Assembly (NCBI GenBank): GCA_965206845.1
Contig: OZ242221.1
Location: 1,504,001 to 1,568,000 of the forward strand
From: Cenarchaeum sp.
Lineage (GTDB): Archaea; Thermoproteota; Nitrososphaeria; Nitrososphaerales; Nitrosopumilaceae
Length of the DNA: 64,000 nt
Direction: 5' to 3'
Shown piece by piece: positions 43,201 to 53,722 of this stretch. Position 1 is the first letter of the stretch, and every line of letters begins with the position of its first letter. The position numbers and the translations under genes are program-made. The notes under the pieces are model-generated. The model was given only the letters and a program-made list of their open reading frames with translations, was not told the origin of the DNA and ran no database searches.

Positions 43201-46200
43201 CTCGTTTACCCTCACTGAACCGCACCGCACGGCAGTCGCGAGACTGGCCGCGCCGGAACTGACGATCGAGCCGGGGGCGGTGCGGGACGCGTCTGGCAAC
43301 CTCATAGTCGGCACCTTTGATGCCTCCACCCGAACGTTCGTTGACGCCACCAGCATCCGACCACAGGAAAACGCTCCAACAGACATCGCGTTCTCAAACG
43401 ACGGCACCAAGATGTTTGTGATGGGCACTGTCGGAGACGACGTAAACGAATACACGCTGTCCACCCCGTTTGATGCCTCCACCCGAACGTTCGTTGACGC
43501 CACCCCCATATCATCAGAAGAAACTCTTCCAACAGACATGGTGTTCTCAAACGACGGCACCAAGATGTTCGTGATAGGCACTGACGGAGCCGACGTAAAC
43601 GAGTACACGCTGTCCACCCCGTTCGATGCCTCCACCCTAACGTTCGTTGACGCCACCTCCATATCGTCACAGGACGGCCAACCACGAGGCATGGCGTTCT
43701 CAAACGACGGCACCAAGATGTTCGTGCTAGGCAATGCCGGAGACGACGTAAACGAGTACACGCTGTCCACCCCGTTCGATGCCTCCACCCTAACGTTCGT
43801 TGACGCCACCTCCATATCGTCACAGGTAGTCAGACCACAAGGCATCGCGTTCTCAAACGACGGCACCAAGATGTTCGTGCTAGGCAATGCCGGAGACGAC
43901 GTAAACGAATACGCGCTGTCCACCCCGTTCGATGCCTCCACCCTAACGTTCGTTGACGCCACCTCCATATCATCAGAAGAAACTTTTCCAACAGGCATGG
44001 TGTTCTTAAACGACGGCACCAAGATGTTCATAATAGGCATTATCGGAGACGACGTAAACGAATACGATCTGAGCTCCGTCTATCCAATTACGGTGACAAG
44101 GACGCCACCGATCTTTGTCGCGTCCGAACTTGACATTGACGCGGGGGTGCTGACGATTACCTTTTCAGAAACGATAGACGCGGCAAGTATAGTTCCGGCC
44201 AAGATCCACGTAAGGGAGTCGGGGAATTACACGCACGGCACAACCCTGACTGCCGGCGAGCTTGTCACTGTCGCCGACGGCGCCACGATCTCGTTTACCC
44301 TCGCTGAACCGCACCGCGCCGCAGTCGCGAGACTGGCCACGCCGGAACTGACGATCGAGCCGGGGGCGGTACGGGACGCGTCTGGCAACCTCATCGTCGG
44401 CACCTTTGATGTCTCCACCCAAACGTTCGTTGACGCCACCGACATCTCATCACAGGAAACCCAACCACGAGACATCGCGTTCTCAAACGACGGCACCAAG
44501 ATGTTCATAGTAGGCGATGTCAGAGACAACGTAAACGAATACACGCTGTCCACCCCGTTCGATGCCTCTACCAGAACGTTCGTTGACGCCACCAGCATCC
44601 GAGCACAGGACGGCGATCCACGAGGCATGGCGTTCTCAAACGACGGCACCAAGATGTTCGTGATAGGCTATAACGGAGACAACGTAAACGAGTACGCGCT
44701 GTCCGCCCCGTTCGATGCATCCACCCTGACGTTCGTTGACGCCACCAGCATCCGAGCACAGGAAGACGATGCACGAAGTGTAGCGTTCTCAAACGACGGC
44801 ACCAAGATGTTCGTGATGGGCGTTGTCGGAGACGACGTAAACGAATACACGCTGTCCACCCCGTTTGATGCCTCCACCCGAACGTTCGTTGACGCCACCT
44901 CCATATCATCAGAGGAAACTTTTCCAACAGGCATGGTGTTCTCAAACGACGGCACCAAGATGTTCGTGATAGGCTGGGAAGAGTACGTAAACGAGTACGC
45001 GCTGTCCACCCCGTTCGATGCCTCCACCCGAACGTACGTTGACGACACCTCCATATCATCAGAGGAAGTCGATTCACAAGGCATCGCGTTCTCAAACGAC
45101 GGCGCCAAGATGTTCATAATAGGCATTATCGGAGACGACGTAAACGAATACGATCTGAGCTCCGTCTATCCCGTTACGGTGACAAGGGCGCCCCCGATGA
45201 CTGCCGGGGCGCTTGTCACCCTGTGGAACGTGGCAGCCAGTCCGCACACGATCTCCATGCCCCTGAATGTGCATTCCGGGGGAACGCTTTCCATAGACTG
45301 GGGCGACAACAGCACTGACACTGTCGCCGCCAACGGCACGCAGTCGCACACGTACGCGGTCCCGGGCGAGTACCGGGTGTCCATGACCGGAGACCTTGCC
45401 AGGATAAACCTGGCCGCTACCGGTTCCACGGCATCCAAGCTGGCATCCATCGACCAGTGGGGCGACATAGAATGGTCCTCCATGAAAGGCGCGTTCTGGG
45501 GAGCCTCCGGCATGGAATACAAGGCAGCCGACGCGCCGGACCTGTCGCGCGTGGCCTCGATGCAGAACATGTTCCGTGCCGCTGCCTCCTTTGATGGCGG
45601 CCTGTCCTCTTGGAACGTCTCGGCCGTGGCCAACATGGACGGCGCGTTCCGCGGCGCCTCGGCGTTCAAAGGAGACATCTCTACTTGGGACATGTCCGGC
45701 GTGACTGACATGAGGACGATGTTCCAGGACACCGCCGCCTTCAACGGCGACATCTCCGGCTGGAACGTCTCGTCGGTGACCAACATGAATTCCATGTTCT
45801 CAGGCGCCTCCTCCTTCGACCAACCCCTCGACTCCTGGAACGTCTCGTCGGTGACCAACATGAATTCCATGTTCTCAGGCGCCTCCTCCTTCAACCAACC
45901 CCTCGACTCCTGGAACGTCTCGTCGGTGGAAGACACGTCCTACATGTTCTCAGGCGCCACCGCCTTCAACCAGCCCCTTGACTTCTGGGACGTCTCGTCT
46001 GTGACCGACATGAACAGCATGTTTGGCTTGGCCACCTCCTTTGACGGCGACATATCTGACTGGGTCGTCTCGTCTGTGACCGACATGAACAGCATGTTCT
46101 CTGGTGCCGACTCCTTTGACCAAAACTTGGGCAAATGGTACATCGTGCTTAATGACATGACCATCGACTATAATGATGCACCAGGAATTGTCGGAAGCAT

Positions 46201-48994
46201 ATCCGCGCAAAACTCGTTCCTTGACGGACAGAACCCCGTATACGGCATAGGCTCAGGCGATGACTCTCATTCTTTTGAACTGAACGGTTCCAGCCTCGTT
46301 CTGAAGGCAGTCCCTGCAAAGCGCACGTATACCGTGAACGTGACCTCGGTGGGGGACTTTGGCACGGGAAACTCTAAAATGATCGAGATAACAGTATCCG
46401 GCTTTAACACCTCACCCACAGTCAACGCCGGAGAAGACCAGGCCGTCCAGGATGGAACCACCGTCACGCTCTCCGGCACGGCTGCCGATAATGACGGCGA
46501 CCAGCTGACGTACGCGTGGTCGCATGACTCGACCCTGCCAATCGTCTTTGCCAACGACGCCTCGCTGTCGACTACCTTTACCGCCCCGGCAGTCGACGCG
46601 GACACGGAAATAACATTCACGCTGACTGCCGATGATGGAACCGTCACTGCCTCAGACTCGCTTGCAGTCACAGTCACTGACGTGCCAACTGTCAACAGCG
46701 ATCCCGTTGTCGACGCCGGCCCAGACCAGACCGTGGACGAGGGATACTTGGTAACACTCAACGCCACTGTCACCGATGCCGACGGCGACAACATGACCTA
46801 CTCGTGGACACACGACTCGCCTTTGGCCATCCAGCTGGTCAATTCGACCTTCCTCTCCACCACCTTTACCGCTCCGGCAGTCGACGCGGACACGGAAATA
46901 ACATTCACGCTGACCGCCGATGACGGAACCGTCACTGCCTCAGACTCGCTTGCAGTCACAGTCACTGACGTGCCAACTGTCAACAGCCCGCCTGTTGCCA
47001 ATGCCGGCCCCGACCAGGACGTCGCCGAAGGCTCCACCGTGAACCTTGACAGCACCGCGTCGGATTCGGACGCAGAGGACACCCTGACGTATTCCTGGTC
47101 GCACAACTCCACCCTGCCCATAACGCTTGACGACGGCGCGGCGCTTGACGCCTCCTTCACTGCCCCCAACGTCGACTCGGAGACTGTCATCGAGTTCACC
47201 CTGGAGGTGAATGACGGCACGGTCACGGTATTGGACACGATGCTGGTCACGATACAGGACAGCGCAAACTCTCCCCCGTCGGTGAACGCCGGCCCGGACA
47301 AGACCGTCCAAGAGGGCCAGGCAGTCACGCTCAACGGAACCGCCACCGATACCGACGGTGACGGTCTGACGTACGCGTGGAGCTACGACTCGTCCACGGA
47401 AATAACATTCAACGCCTCCTCGCCGGTTGCCACGTTTGCAGCGCCGCCGGTGGATGCCGACACGACAGTCACCTTCACGCTGGCAGTCTCCGACGGCTCG
47501 GCCAATTCCACCGACGCCGTTCTTGTCACCGTGATCGACGTGCCGGACGACTCGGACTTTGTCACGACGTGGGAGACTGCTGCGCCCGGTGAGTCCATAA
47601 CGATCCCGGCCCGCGGCACGTACACGATATCATGGGGCGACGGAACGGTGGACGCGGGAGTCACGGGCGACCAGACCCACGCGTACGACGTCCCCGGGAA
47701 CCACACGATCCGCATATCCAAGGGCATCACTGGAATCAACCTGGGCAACCATGCCGACGCGCCCAAGCTGAGATCGATAGACCAGTGGGGCGACGCCAAG
47801 TGGAGTACGATGTATTCCGCATTCAGGGACGCCTCAAACATGACATTGCGCGCGGCTGACGCGCCGGACCTCTCCCGTGTCAAGTACACCCAGTACATGT
47901 TCTTGAACGCCAGCTCCTTTGACGGCGACCTCTCCGCGTGGGACGTCTCGCATGTCACCAACATGGTGGGAATGTTCTGGGAGGCCAGCTCCTTTGACGG
48001 CGACCTCTCCGCGTGGGACGTCTCGAGCGTGACTGACATGTTTACCATGTTCTACAATGCCCGCTCCTTTGACGGCGACCTCTCCGCATGGGACGTCTCG
48101 AGCGTGACTGGCATGGCCAGCATGTTCCACGGCGCCTCGTCATTTGACGGAGACCTCTCCGCATGGGACGTCTCGTCGGTGACTGACACGTATGCCATGT
48201 TTTTGGCCGCGTCCTCCTTTGACGGCGACCTCTCCGGCTGGGACGTCTCGCGCGTGACTGACATGGCCGACATGTTCCGCTCTGCCTCGTCATTTGACGG
48301 CGACGTCTCCGGCTGGGACGTCTCGCGCGCGACCCGCATGAGTACCATGTTCTACCTCGCCGACTCGTTTGACCAGAACCTGGGGGAATGGTACATCGTG
48401 CTCGACGATGCCGCCATTGACCACAGCAGCGTCCCAGGGGAGGTGGGCAGGATCGCCGCACAGAACAGGTTCCTGGACGGCCATAACCCGGCATACGGCA
48501 TAGGCTCCGGGGGCGATTCGGCCCACTTCGAGATCGACGGCGACACCCTCAGGATGAAGTCGGTGCCTGACGGGCACGCCGGCCCGTACTCGGTCACCGT
48601 AACTTCCACCGGAGACTTTGGCACGGGCAACTCCCGCACCTTTGAGATATCCGTGACGGAAGGGGACGCCAACACGCCACCGGTGGCGCCGTCTGACCCA
48701 CGTGAAGTGGGCGGGATCACCGTGTCCAGCACCCAGCCCGGAACGATCCAAATCGATTGGGATGCCCCCAGCGAGCAGCCGCGGGAATACCGCGTCACGT
48801 GGGCCAAGTCCGGCGAGGACTTTCCGGACTGGAGGGATCTGGTAGGCAACGCGTTCCCCACTAGCACCTCCCAGACCATTACCGGCCTAGAGGAGGGTGA
48901 AGAGTACCAGGTCAAGGTGCGCGCCCGGTACGACAGCGGCGGCCCCGGGGGCTGGAGCGACACAGTCACCATCACAGTCGCGAGAACCGAGTAA
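40262..48994 (+). CDS. Giant surface protein: LVIVD-like beta-propeller, Ig-like, FN3, PKD, 'FSNDGTKMFV' propeller repeats, two BspA/DUF285 blocks, FN3
   Basis: Signal peptide; STYALV...GVQIIDITDP repeats; AFSNDGTKMFV...VNEY.LS repeats; W(D/N)VSSVT repeats; VDAGPDQTV repeats. Confidence 0.93.
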   Translation: MMKALIVVLALVLPSLLGYALATPSIAMSPVAFVADGVDGFEELGGPKGITTVTIGSSTYALVAAYDDDGVQIVDITDPFNPSPVAAVTDGVDGFEELRGARGITTATVGSSTYALVTAAAGVQIIDITTPSSPAPTAHISAASAVALRGSYGIATFTVGSSAYAIVASSSGGIQIIDITDPSSPAPVASILGGSELGGLGGARGITTTTIGSSTYALVAVSSEDAVQIIDITDPFNPSPIAAVRSSQDNRLDGATGITTATIGSSTYALVTAQYDNAVQIINITDPSSPDSVAFAQDGSGGFDKLEYPESIAVVTFDSSTYAIVAAFLDGIQIINITDPSNPSPAASVDSNDARFGGFPLPEDIAVVTIDSRTYALAASYFGNGVQIIDVALTSGPLLTSAVLDEGTGILEIEFASAVDVTPAGMADLSGLTIRGSGQSVSLAGATLGTEADSTVISIELTEGQGRSVAAMASPRLDVADSAVTGTDGNPIEQSLGNTVTVNDDAAPGVVSAAFDGEGSILTITFSDRIDVTPARMVYLGGMTVSGSGQSVSLAGATLGTEADSAVISIVLTESQGSSVVAMVSPLLAIGHYDVVDTDGNPIASSSGNAISINSVNEIPTVTSIERSDPTTETASAQTLVFAVTFSENVAGVDQADFALSPGSTGAGSIANLTGSGSRYLVTVSVTRDGTYNLDIAQNNNITDATGNPLAGDDPLPDQSFTVVTVNTAREVGGITLTSTQPGTIQITWEAPSEAPKDYRVVWAKAGENFLPRSDLAGNAFPTSPNHTITDLEEGEEYKVKVRARYYSGGPGDWSGVVTPMLAVIPDQTVDAGPDQTVMEGQTVALNGTAADINGDPLTYSWIHDSALAIQFANATSPSTTFTAPAVYADTAVTFTLTVNDGNSTASDQMTVTIAHNDPPTFVTSEFDTDAGVLTITFSETIDVANVVPAKMHVRESGNYTHGTTLTAGELVTVADGATISFTLTEPHRTAVARLAAPELTIEPGAVRDASGNLIVGTFDASTRTFVDATSIRPQENAPTDIAFSNDGTKMFVMGTVGDDVNEYTLSTPFDASTRTFVDATPISSEETLPTDMVFSNDGTKMFVIGTDGADVNEYTLSTPFDASTLTFVDATSISSQDGQPRGMAFSNDGTKMFVLGNAGDDVNEYTLSTPFDASTLTFVDATSISSQVVRPQGIAFSNDGTKMFVLGNAGDDVNEYALSTPFDASTLTFVDATSISSEETFPTGMVFLNDGTKMFIIGIIGDDVNEYDLSSVYPITVTRTPPIFVASELDIDAGVLTITFSETIDAASIVPAKIHVRESGNYTHGTTLTAGELVTVADGATISFTLAEPHRAAVARLATPELTIEPGAVRDASGNLIVGTFDVSTQTFVDATDISSQETQPRDIAFSNDGTKMFIVGDVRDNVNEYTLSTPFDASTRTFVDATSIRAQDGDPRGMAFSNDGTKMFVIGYNGDNVNEYALSAPFDASTLTFVDATSIRAQEDDARSVAFSNDGTKMFVMGVVGDDVNEYTLSTPFDASTRTFVDATSISSEETFPTGMVFSNDGTKMFVIGWEEYVNEYALSTPFDASTRTYVDDTSISSEEVDSQGIAFSNDGAKMFIIGIIGDDVNEYDLSSVYPVTVTRAPPMTAGALVTLWNVAASPHTISMPLNVHSGGTLSIDWGDNSTDTVAANGTQSHTYAVPGEYRVSMTGDLARINLAATGSTASKLASIDQWGDIEWSSMKGAFWGASGMEYKAADAPDLSRVASMQNMFRAAASFDGGLSSWNVSAVANMDGAFRGASAFKGDISTWDMSGVTDMRTMFQDTAAFNGDISGWNVSSVTNMNSMFSGASSFDQPLDSWNVSSVTNMNSMFSGASSFNQPLDSWNVSSVEDTSYMFSGATAFNQPLDFWDVSSVTDMNSMFGLATSFDGDISDWVVSSVTDMNSMFSGADSFDQNLGKWYIVLNDMTIDYNDAPGIVGSISAQNSFLDGQNPVYGIGSGDDSHSFELNGSSLVLKAVPAKRTYTVNVTSVGDFGTGNSKMIEITVSGFNTSPTVNAGEDQAVQDGTTVTLSGTAADNDGDQLTYAWSHDSTLPIVFANDASLSTTFTAPAVDADTEITFTLTADDGTVTASDSLAVTVTDVPTVNSDPVVDAGPDQTVDEGYLVTLNATVTDADGDNMTYSWTHDSPLAIQLVNSTFLSTTFTAPAVDADTEITFTLTADDGTVTASDSLAVTVTDVPTVNSPPVANAGPDQDVAEGSTVNLDSTASDSDAEDTLTYSWSHNSTLPITLDDGAALDASFTAPNVDSETVIEFTLEVNDGTVTVLDTMLVTIQDSANSPPSVNAGPDKTVQEGQAVTLNGTATDTDGDGLTYAWSYDSSTEITFNASSPVATFAAPPVDADTTVTFTLAVSDGSANSTDAVLVTVIDVPDDSDFVTTWETAAPGESITIPARGTYTISWGDGTVDAGVTGDQTHAYDVPGNHTIRISKGITGINLGNHADAPKLRSIDQWGDAKWSTMYSAFRDASNMTLRAADAPDLSRVKYTQYMFLNASSFDGDLSAWDVSHVTNMVGMFWEASSFDGDLSAWDVSSVTDMFTMFYNARSFDGDLSAWDVSSVTGMASMFHGASSFDGDLSAWDVSSVTDTYAMFLAASSFDGDLSGWDVSRVTDMADMFRSASSFDGDVSGWDVSRATRMSTMFYLADSFDQNLGEWYIVLDDAAIDHSSVPGEVGRIAAQNRFLDGHNPAYGIGSGGDSAHFEIDGDTLRMKSVPDGHAGPYSVTVTSTGDFGTGNSRTFEISVTEGDANTPPVAPSDPREVGGITVSSTQPGTIQIDWDAPSEQPREYRVTWAKSGEDFPDWRDLVGNAFPTSTSQTITGLEEGEEYQVKVRARYDSGGPGGWSDTVTITVARTE

Positions 48995-49265
48995 GGCTCC
49001 ATTTGTAAATTTATCCAAAGCGACTGAGGCTGGCCTTCTCATCCATTGCTCCACTACGCCTGAGATCGCACCCATCAAGTTAGTGTTAGGGCGTAGTCGT
49101 GGCCATGGCAATCCGCTCACCTTCACAGAAATCCCGCACAATGCCGTATCTTGCCAAAACCAAATGTTATGGCGGCGTGGTCTCTGACGGAGACAGTAAT
49201 CCCAGATGTGCCAGATCTGGCACCTAATGCAAACAGATCAATGAGGGCGCGCCCAGACGATCCTT

Positions 49266-50663
49266 ATGTACTACCAAAAAGATCGCCTGAGACGCGATAT
49301 GATGAACAATGGCAAAATATATGAATCTGTTGAGAAGATGCTGAGGGAAAGCATCGTGCCGTCCGCCGAGGTCTCCAAAAGGTACAACGCGACATATGGA
49401 GCAAGCGACTTTAACGCCGGCATGCTGCATGCCGCGATGCTTGACACTTCGGTCGGCGGATGCAGCCTCGTCATGAGAGAAATCACGGCGCAGCCCATCG
49501 AGAATCCAAGATATTCGCGCCATTCTCCAAGCGGCGAGTGGTTTCGCGATATCCTGTCCAAGACGGACGAGGGCAAGGCGCTTGAGACTTTTAACCAGGC
49601 GGTAAGGGCACAGCTGGATGAGATTTGCCTGCTTGGCAGGTTGCCTGATGTGCTTGATGTGGCCATCGACATGCACCTGATACCGTGCCACAGCAAGAAA
49701 CTTGGCTCTGACCTGAGGGGTGGCGAGCGCAAGAGCGGCACCAACAGATTCGAGGCGTACATCACGGCGCAGTGCGTCAACTCCAAATCGCGGCTTATCC
49801 TTGCGGCCCTATACATGGACAAGTCTTCATCCGTGCACGAATCCCTGCGTAAAACCATCAATTTGTGCCTAGAAAACGCCTCTGCCGTCGGATCTAGGCT
49901 GGGACTGATCCTGATTGACAGGGGTTTCTTTTCAGTGAACTCGATATCCGAGATTGAGCGCCTTAGCCTTGAGTACCTGAGATGTGATTCGTAATTAGCA
50001 CGCAGGCATATTAGAGCACGATCTTTGGCATAATCATACGAAAGTTGCATGCTTTGGAGCACACATCTGTAAGATTATGGGCATCGAAGGCCCGATTCTT
50101 AATTGCGGATCATGTCTCTGATGCCGTGCACCAGAACCAGTAGGGTGAAAGACTCGCTGCGTAAGTTCGTGGCCAAGACGCTCGGCCACATCTCAAAATC
50201 CGACATGACGAATTCTGACAAGGTAACGGTTCAGTACCACATGATCATAACAAAGAAGAAGAGAGTAAGGAAGGAAAGTGAGAAGGCGAAGAACGGAAGC
50301 AAGAAGGCGAAAAAGGCGGACGCACCGGAAGATCGATACATTGCGTTTGCCACCAATGCCCCGTGGGTGGATGTGGAAGAATATTCCAAAAGGTGGACCA
50401 TCGAGACATGCTACAGACTGGTAGAGAACGCTAGGGCAAAGTCGTTCGGCAGCAGTAGGCCTGCCAGGCTTTTCTGCTTTCTGTACTCGCTGACGCTGTT
50501 TAACGCATGGGCGCTGGTAAACGCGCAGCTGGCAAGCTTTCTGAAGCTGCGTGGCGGAGTCCTTCCGGTGACGCAGCTGTATATGAAAATTGCCACGCTA
50601 ATAGCAATCTATCGGAATATTACGATTCAGCCCGAGCCACCGCCAGATCCCGTGGCTCCGTGA
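49266..50663 (+). pseudogene. ISH3-family transposase interrupted by a MITE
   Basis: AIDMH, LIDRGFF, RWTIETCYR motifs; removing the MITE and one CTG restores ...LEYLMPC... Confidence 0.9.
49980..50117. mobile_element. 138-bp MITE (family B)
   Basis: Identical to 27443-27580; CTG duplication. Confidence 0.93.
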
Positions 50664-50766
50664 GCACATCTGGGATTACTGAGATGGATGGAGGCAGATA
50701 TCAATGACTGACGACCCAGACAGAGGGCGACATGATTTTCATATACTACGCCAGTTCCGGAATGTG

Positions 50767-51980
50767 GGCTGTGTCCTATGAATAAAAGCCACCACTCTCT
50801 GCATGGTGACTGAGACACCGGACGTCTCATAATTTGCAGACACTGCGGCAGCTCCGCTTCGCTGATCATCCGAAAACCATAAAATTGCCCCGTTCCACGG
50901 CATAATGCGCAGGCTCCGCTGGGCAGGCGCGGTGGAGGCCGCGCCGGTCATGCAGTCATGGTAGCGATCATCTTCGGTGTGAGCCTGCCGTCCCTTGCCT
51001 TCGATCTGGCCACGAGTTCTATGTTGTAACAGATTATCCGAATTGCAATCTCCCTGCACTGGTTCTCCGGCTTGTGGCAACGCGTGTGGTTTCCGTACAT
51101 CTTCTTGATGGCGCCAAACACCGCCTCTATGATGCTGAGCTGGTGGTATTCTGACTTGAACGTGTCCGGATCTTGCACGGACAGGTCTACTATCTCGCGC
51201 CACGCTTGGCTTCCAAAGGCGTTGTGAACCGTGTTGGATTTCGGCTTGATGCGCGGCACCATGCCCATCTCCGATATCGCGCTGCACACATCCCTTGCAA
51301 GGTAGGCCGAATCCAGGCAGAAGTGGCCCGCACCCCCCTCAAATCTGGCCAGCATGCTTCGCAGTCCAATGATGTCGGCTACGTTGCTGGCCGTCACGAG
51401 GTAGTCGAGTACCACCCCCGTGCGTATGTCGTTGATGCTGTGGAGCTTGACCCAGCCCCTCTTGGTTTTCACGCTGCCGGTCCGCACGTCATACCACCTG
51501 GCGAAGCCGCTGTCAGAGTATCCCGTGCTGTCCCCTGCCACCGATCCCGCAGGTATCTCGCAGATGACCCTGCGGTGCACCTCCGCCAGGTACCGATCCG
51601 GAATGAGGTCGTAGGCGCGGGCAATGGTGCTCTTGGAGGGAATCTTGTGCGGTCCGATCTTCGCGACGGTGTTGCGGTTGTTTCGGAGATGGCCGACCAT
51701 CTTGCGATAGGTCTTGCGCTCGGCCTCCATGACTATGCACACTGCGGCCATGGCCCTGGACGGATATGCAGTCATGCCGCCCAGGCTGAACCTGGCAGTA
51801 TACGGGTCGCCCAGGTCATTGACTATTTTCAGAATCGTGTTGAGGATTAGACCGGGCAGGTATTGCTGAATCAGGTCGTACTGTCGTTGATCGCGCTTCC
51901 TTTCAGGCACTTGGTGGGCCCGCGATCCTCAGATCAATATGCCTTGCTATTGGACAGGTATATCTTAGTAGGACACAGCT
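50767..51980 (-). mobile_element. IS5-family insertion sequence (family A ends)
   Basis: TIRs GGCTGTGTCCTA / TAGGACACAGCT; flanks not duplicated. Confidence 0.9.
50948..51910 (-). CDS. IS5-family transposase (DDE triad present)
   Basis: VAGDSTG, WVKLH, CLDSAY, YHQLSIIEAVF. Confidence 0.92.
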   Translation of the reverse strand: MPERKRDQRQYDLIQQYLPGLILNTILKIVNDLGDPYTARFSLGGMTAYPSRAMAAVCIVMEAERKTYRKMVGHLRNNRNTVAKIGPHKIPSKSTIARAYDLIPDRYLAEVHRRVICEIPAGSVAGDSTGYSDSGFARWYDVRTGSVKTKRGWVKLHSINDIRTGVVLDYLVTASNVADIIGLRSMLARFEGGAGHFCLDSAYLARDVCSAISEMGMVPRIKPKSNTVHNAFGSQAWREIVDLSVQDPDTFKSEYHQLSIIEAVFGAIKKMYGNHTRCHKPENQCREIAIRIICYNIELVARSKARDGRLTPKMIATMTA

Positions 51981-52366
51981 GCCCTTTTTACAACTCAAAT
52001 TTGCTAGGATGCTGTATGTAATAATGTTCTTGGAATGATGCTTTGTGGTCTAGCCTGGAAATCCGCCTGTCTCCCGTCTTGGGGGACAAGGTTCCGGAGA
52101 AGACGTGCAGACTCCTCTCCTGCCCGGACTGAGTGCGCGCGGATCCGTCATCACAGGAAGCGCGCCAGCCGTGCCGGAGAGTGCCATAAGGAATCAGAGT
52201 GGTTTTCCGTATCTCGCAACAGGCCGTTTGGTGCATGGTCACGTTGCCCTCCCACTTAGGCACGGGTTCGTACACATACAAATTTTTGCGCCCGGCCGGA
52301 TGCAGCGAGGGCCCAATGCGTCACGTGTTTGGAAAACTTTATCACTTGTCATATCATAGGCTACCT

Positions 52367-52729
52367 ATGAATATAACCGCAGAAGACGCAGTGACCCAGG
52401 TTCTAAAGCTCAGCAAGCACATCCGCATAGTGACAATCTGTGACAAGGAAGGAAACAAGATCTTTTCTGCTAGGCGCAAAACTACGGAAAACCTTCTGAC
52501 TCCAAACGAGAGCACACAATCCCTGACGATATCGGCGCAGAACATGAAGGGTAGAAAGAAGCTAGCTCGCAAGCTGGGAGTGTGCAGGTACACACTTGCA
52601 GAATACACCAAAGTTAAGAGGATGGTAATGCCTGCAGACAAGAAGCACCTGCTCTACATTACCTGCTCTCCAGAGTTTGATCACAGGAAGATCGTACGTC
52701 TGGTAGATTCGTTCAGAACATCCCAATAG
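52367..52729 (+). CDS. Roadblock/DUF6659-like protein
   Basis: 'VLKLSKHIRIVTICDKEG...NLLT..E...KLGVCRYTLAEY.KV' paralog pattern. Confidence 0.72.
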   Translation: MNITAEDAVTQVLKLSKHIRIVTICDKEGNKIFSARRKTTENLLTPNESTQSLTISAQNMKGRKKLARKLGVCRYTLAEYTKVKRMVMPADKKHLLYITCSPEFDHRKIVRLVDSFRTSQ

Positions 52730-53025
52730 GATCTTGCCTTTATCTTCTTTTTTTTTGTACATGTTCTAGTCACTTCTGTCCCTGTTGGATGTGTGTGGTT
52801 CTGTCTGCCGTGTCGGACGGGCTGCGGGGATCAACACATGTGGCCGCTCTCTGACAGAGAGCAGATGCGTAACCACATCGGTGTGCTTGCGGGATCGCTT
52901 GTCTAGCTGGGCCGGGCGTGAATGCTTGGAGTCTAGCGTACAGTATCGCGTTCAACTGAGGCGGGCTGGCCTCATGCCGGCACAACATGATTAGATTTTT
53001 ATCTTCTGGAATGTAAGCATGCTCG

Positions 53026-53412
53026 TTGGGCTCGGATCAAAGTTCGCGTTTTCGCCTGTATGCTGCCAAGTGCCAGGAGCTGCTAGGGGATCCGGATGTG
53101 CGGTTTGCAGGAATAATTGACGATCGCGGGCAGCTTGTATCGGGCGGCTTCAAGGAGGGCATTACACCATACGAGGTGGACGAAACCAGACTACATGCAT
53201 TTATGGAGTTCGTCTCCAGAATCACCATCAGAAAGGAGTATGATCAGAGCCTTGGACCGATCAACTACCTTGCAGCCCGGCGCAACAAGGCCGTGCTGAT
53301 GAGCTTCCCGTTTCCCATAACGAAGATTGTCCTGCTGGTCTCTGCAGAGCCTAGTGTGGACATTGAGGATCTGGCATCCCGAGTAACCAAGGCATTTGCA
53401 GGCGTTACATAG
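53026..53412 (+). CDS. Roadblock/DUF6659-like protein
   Basis: VRFAGIID..G.LV.GGFKEGI...RKEYDQSLGPINY...R.K. Confidence 0.8.
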   Translation: MGSDQSSRFRLYAAKCQELLGDPDVRFAGIIDDRGQLVSGGFKEGITPYEVDETRLHAFMEFVSRITIRKEYDQSLGPINYLAARRNKAVLMSFPFPITKIVLLVSAEPSVDIEDLASRVTKAFAGVT

Positions 53413-53485
53413 TCCAAACCCAGACTGCTGCGCTACGACACCGCATTTGGGAAGATTTTTAACGGCACTTGGTGCCGAACAGGCA

Positions 53486-53716
53486 ATGAACGAGGCGTAC
53501 GTTCTTCTCAATGTTGACTACAAAAACCAAAAGGGCATCATCGAAAAGGCGCGGCAGATACCCGTGACCAAGTCGGTCAAGACGGTGTACGGCATATGTG
53601 ATATTCTGATAATACTAGAATCCGATGACATGCAGAAGATCAAGGATGCCATTGATGAAGACCTGCACAGGATGGAGGGAATAACCAATTTGACATCACT
53701 AATCTCTGTGAACTGA
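53486..53716 (+). CDS. Lrp/AsnC ligand-binding (RAM) domain protein
   Basis: AYVLLNV...VYG..DI...I..I...I..M.GI....SLI. Confidence 0.82.
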   Translation: MNEAYVLLNVDYKNQKGIIEKARQIPVTKSVKTVYGICDILIILESDDMQKIKDAIDEDLHRMEGITNLTSLISVN

Positions 53717-53722
53717 TCCCAG

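Larger units (their letters stand above)
49194..50681 (+). mobile_element. ISH3-family insertion sequence
   Basis: TIRs CAGTAATCCCAGATGTGC / GCACATCTGGGATTACTG. Confidence 0.88.

Noticed and set aside
36087-48700. Diversity-generating retroelement (template/variable repeat pair)
   Set aside because: No reverse transcriptase in the window, both copies are coding, and the differences are not adenine-specific
40298-49002. Long antisense ORFs opposite the giant genes
   Set aside because: Shadow frames arising from GC-rich codon usage and repeats
49189-50686. Target-site duplication around the ISH3 element
   Set aside because: Only AGA is shared, whereas the related MITE shows a 5-bp duplication; probably chance or a rearranged flank
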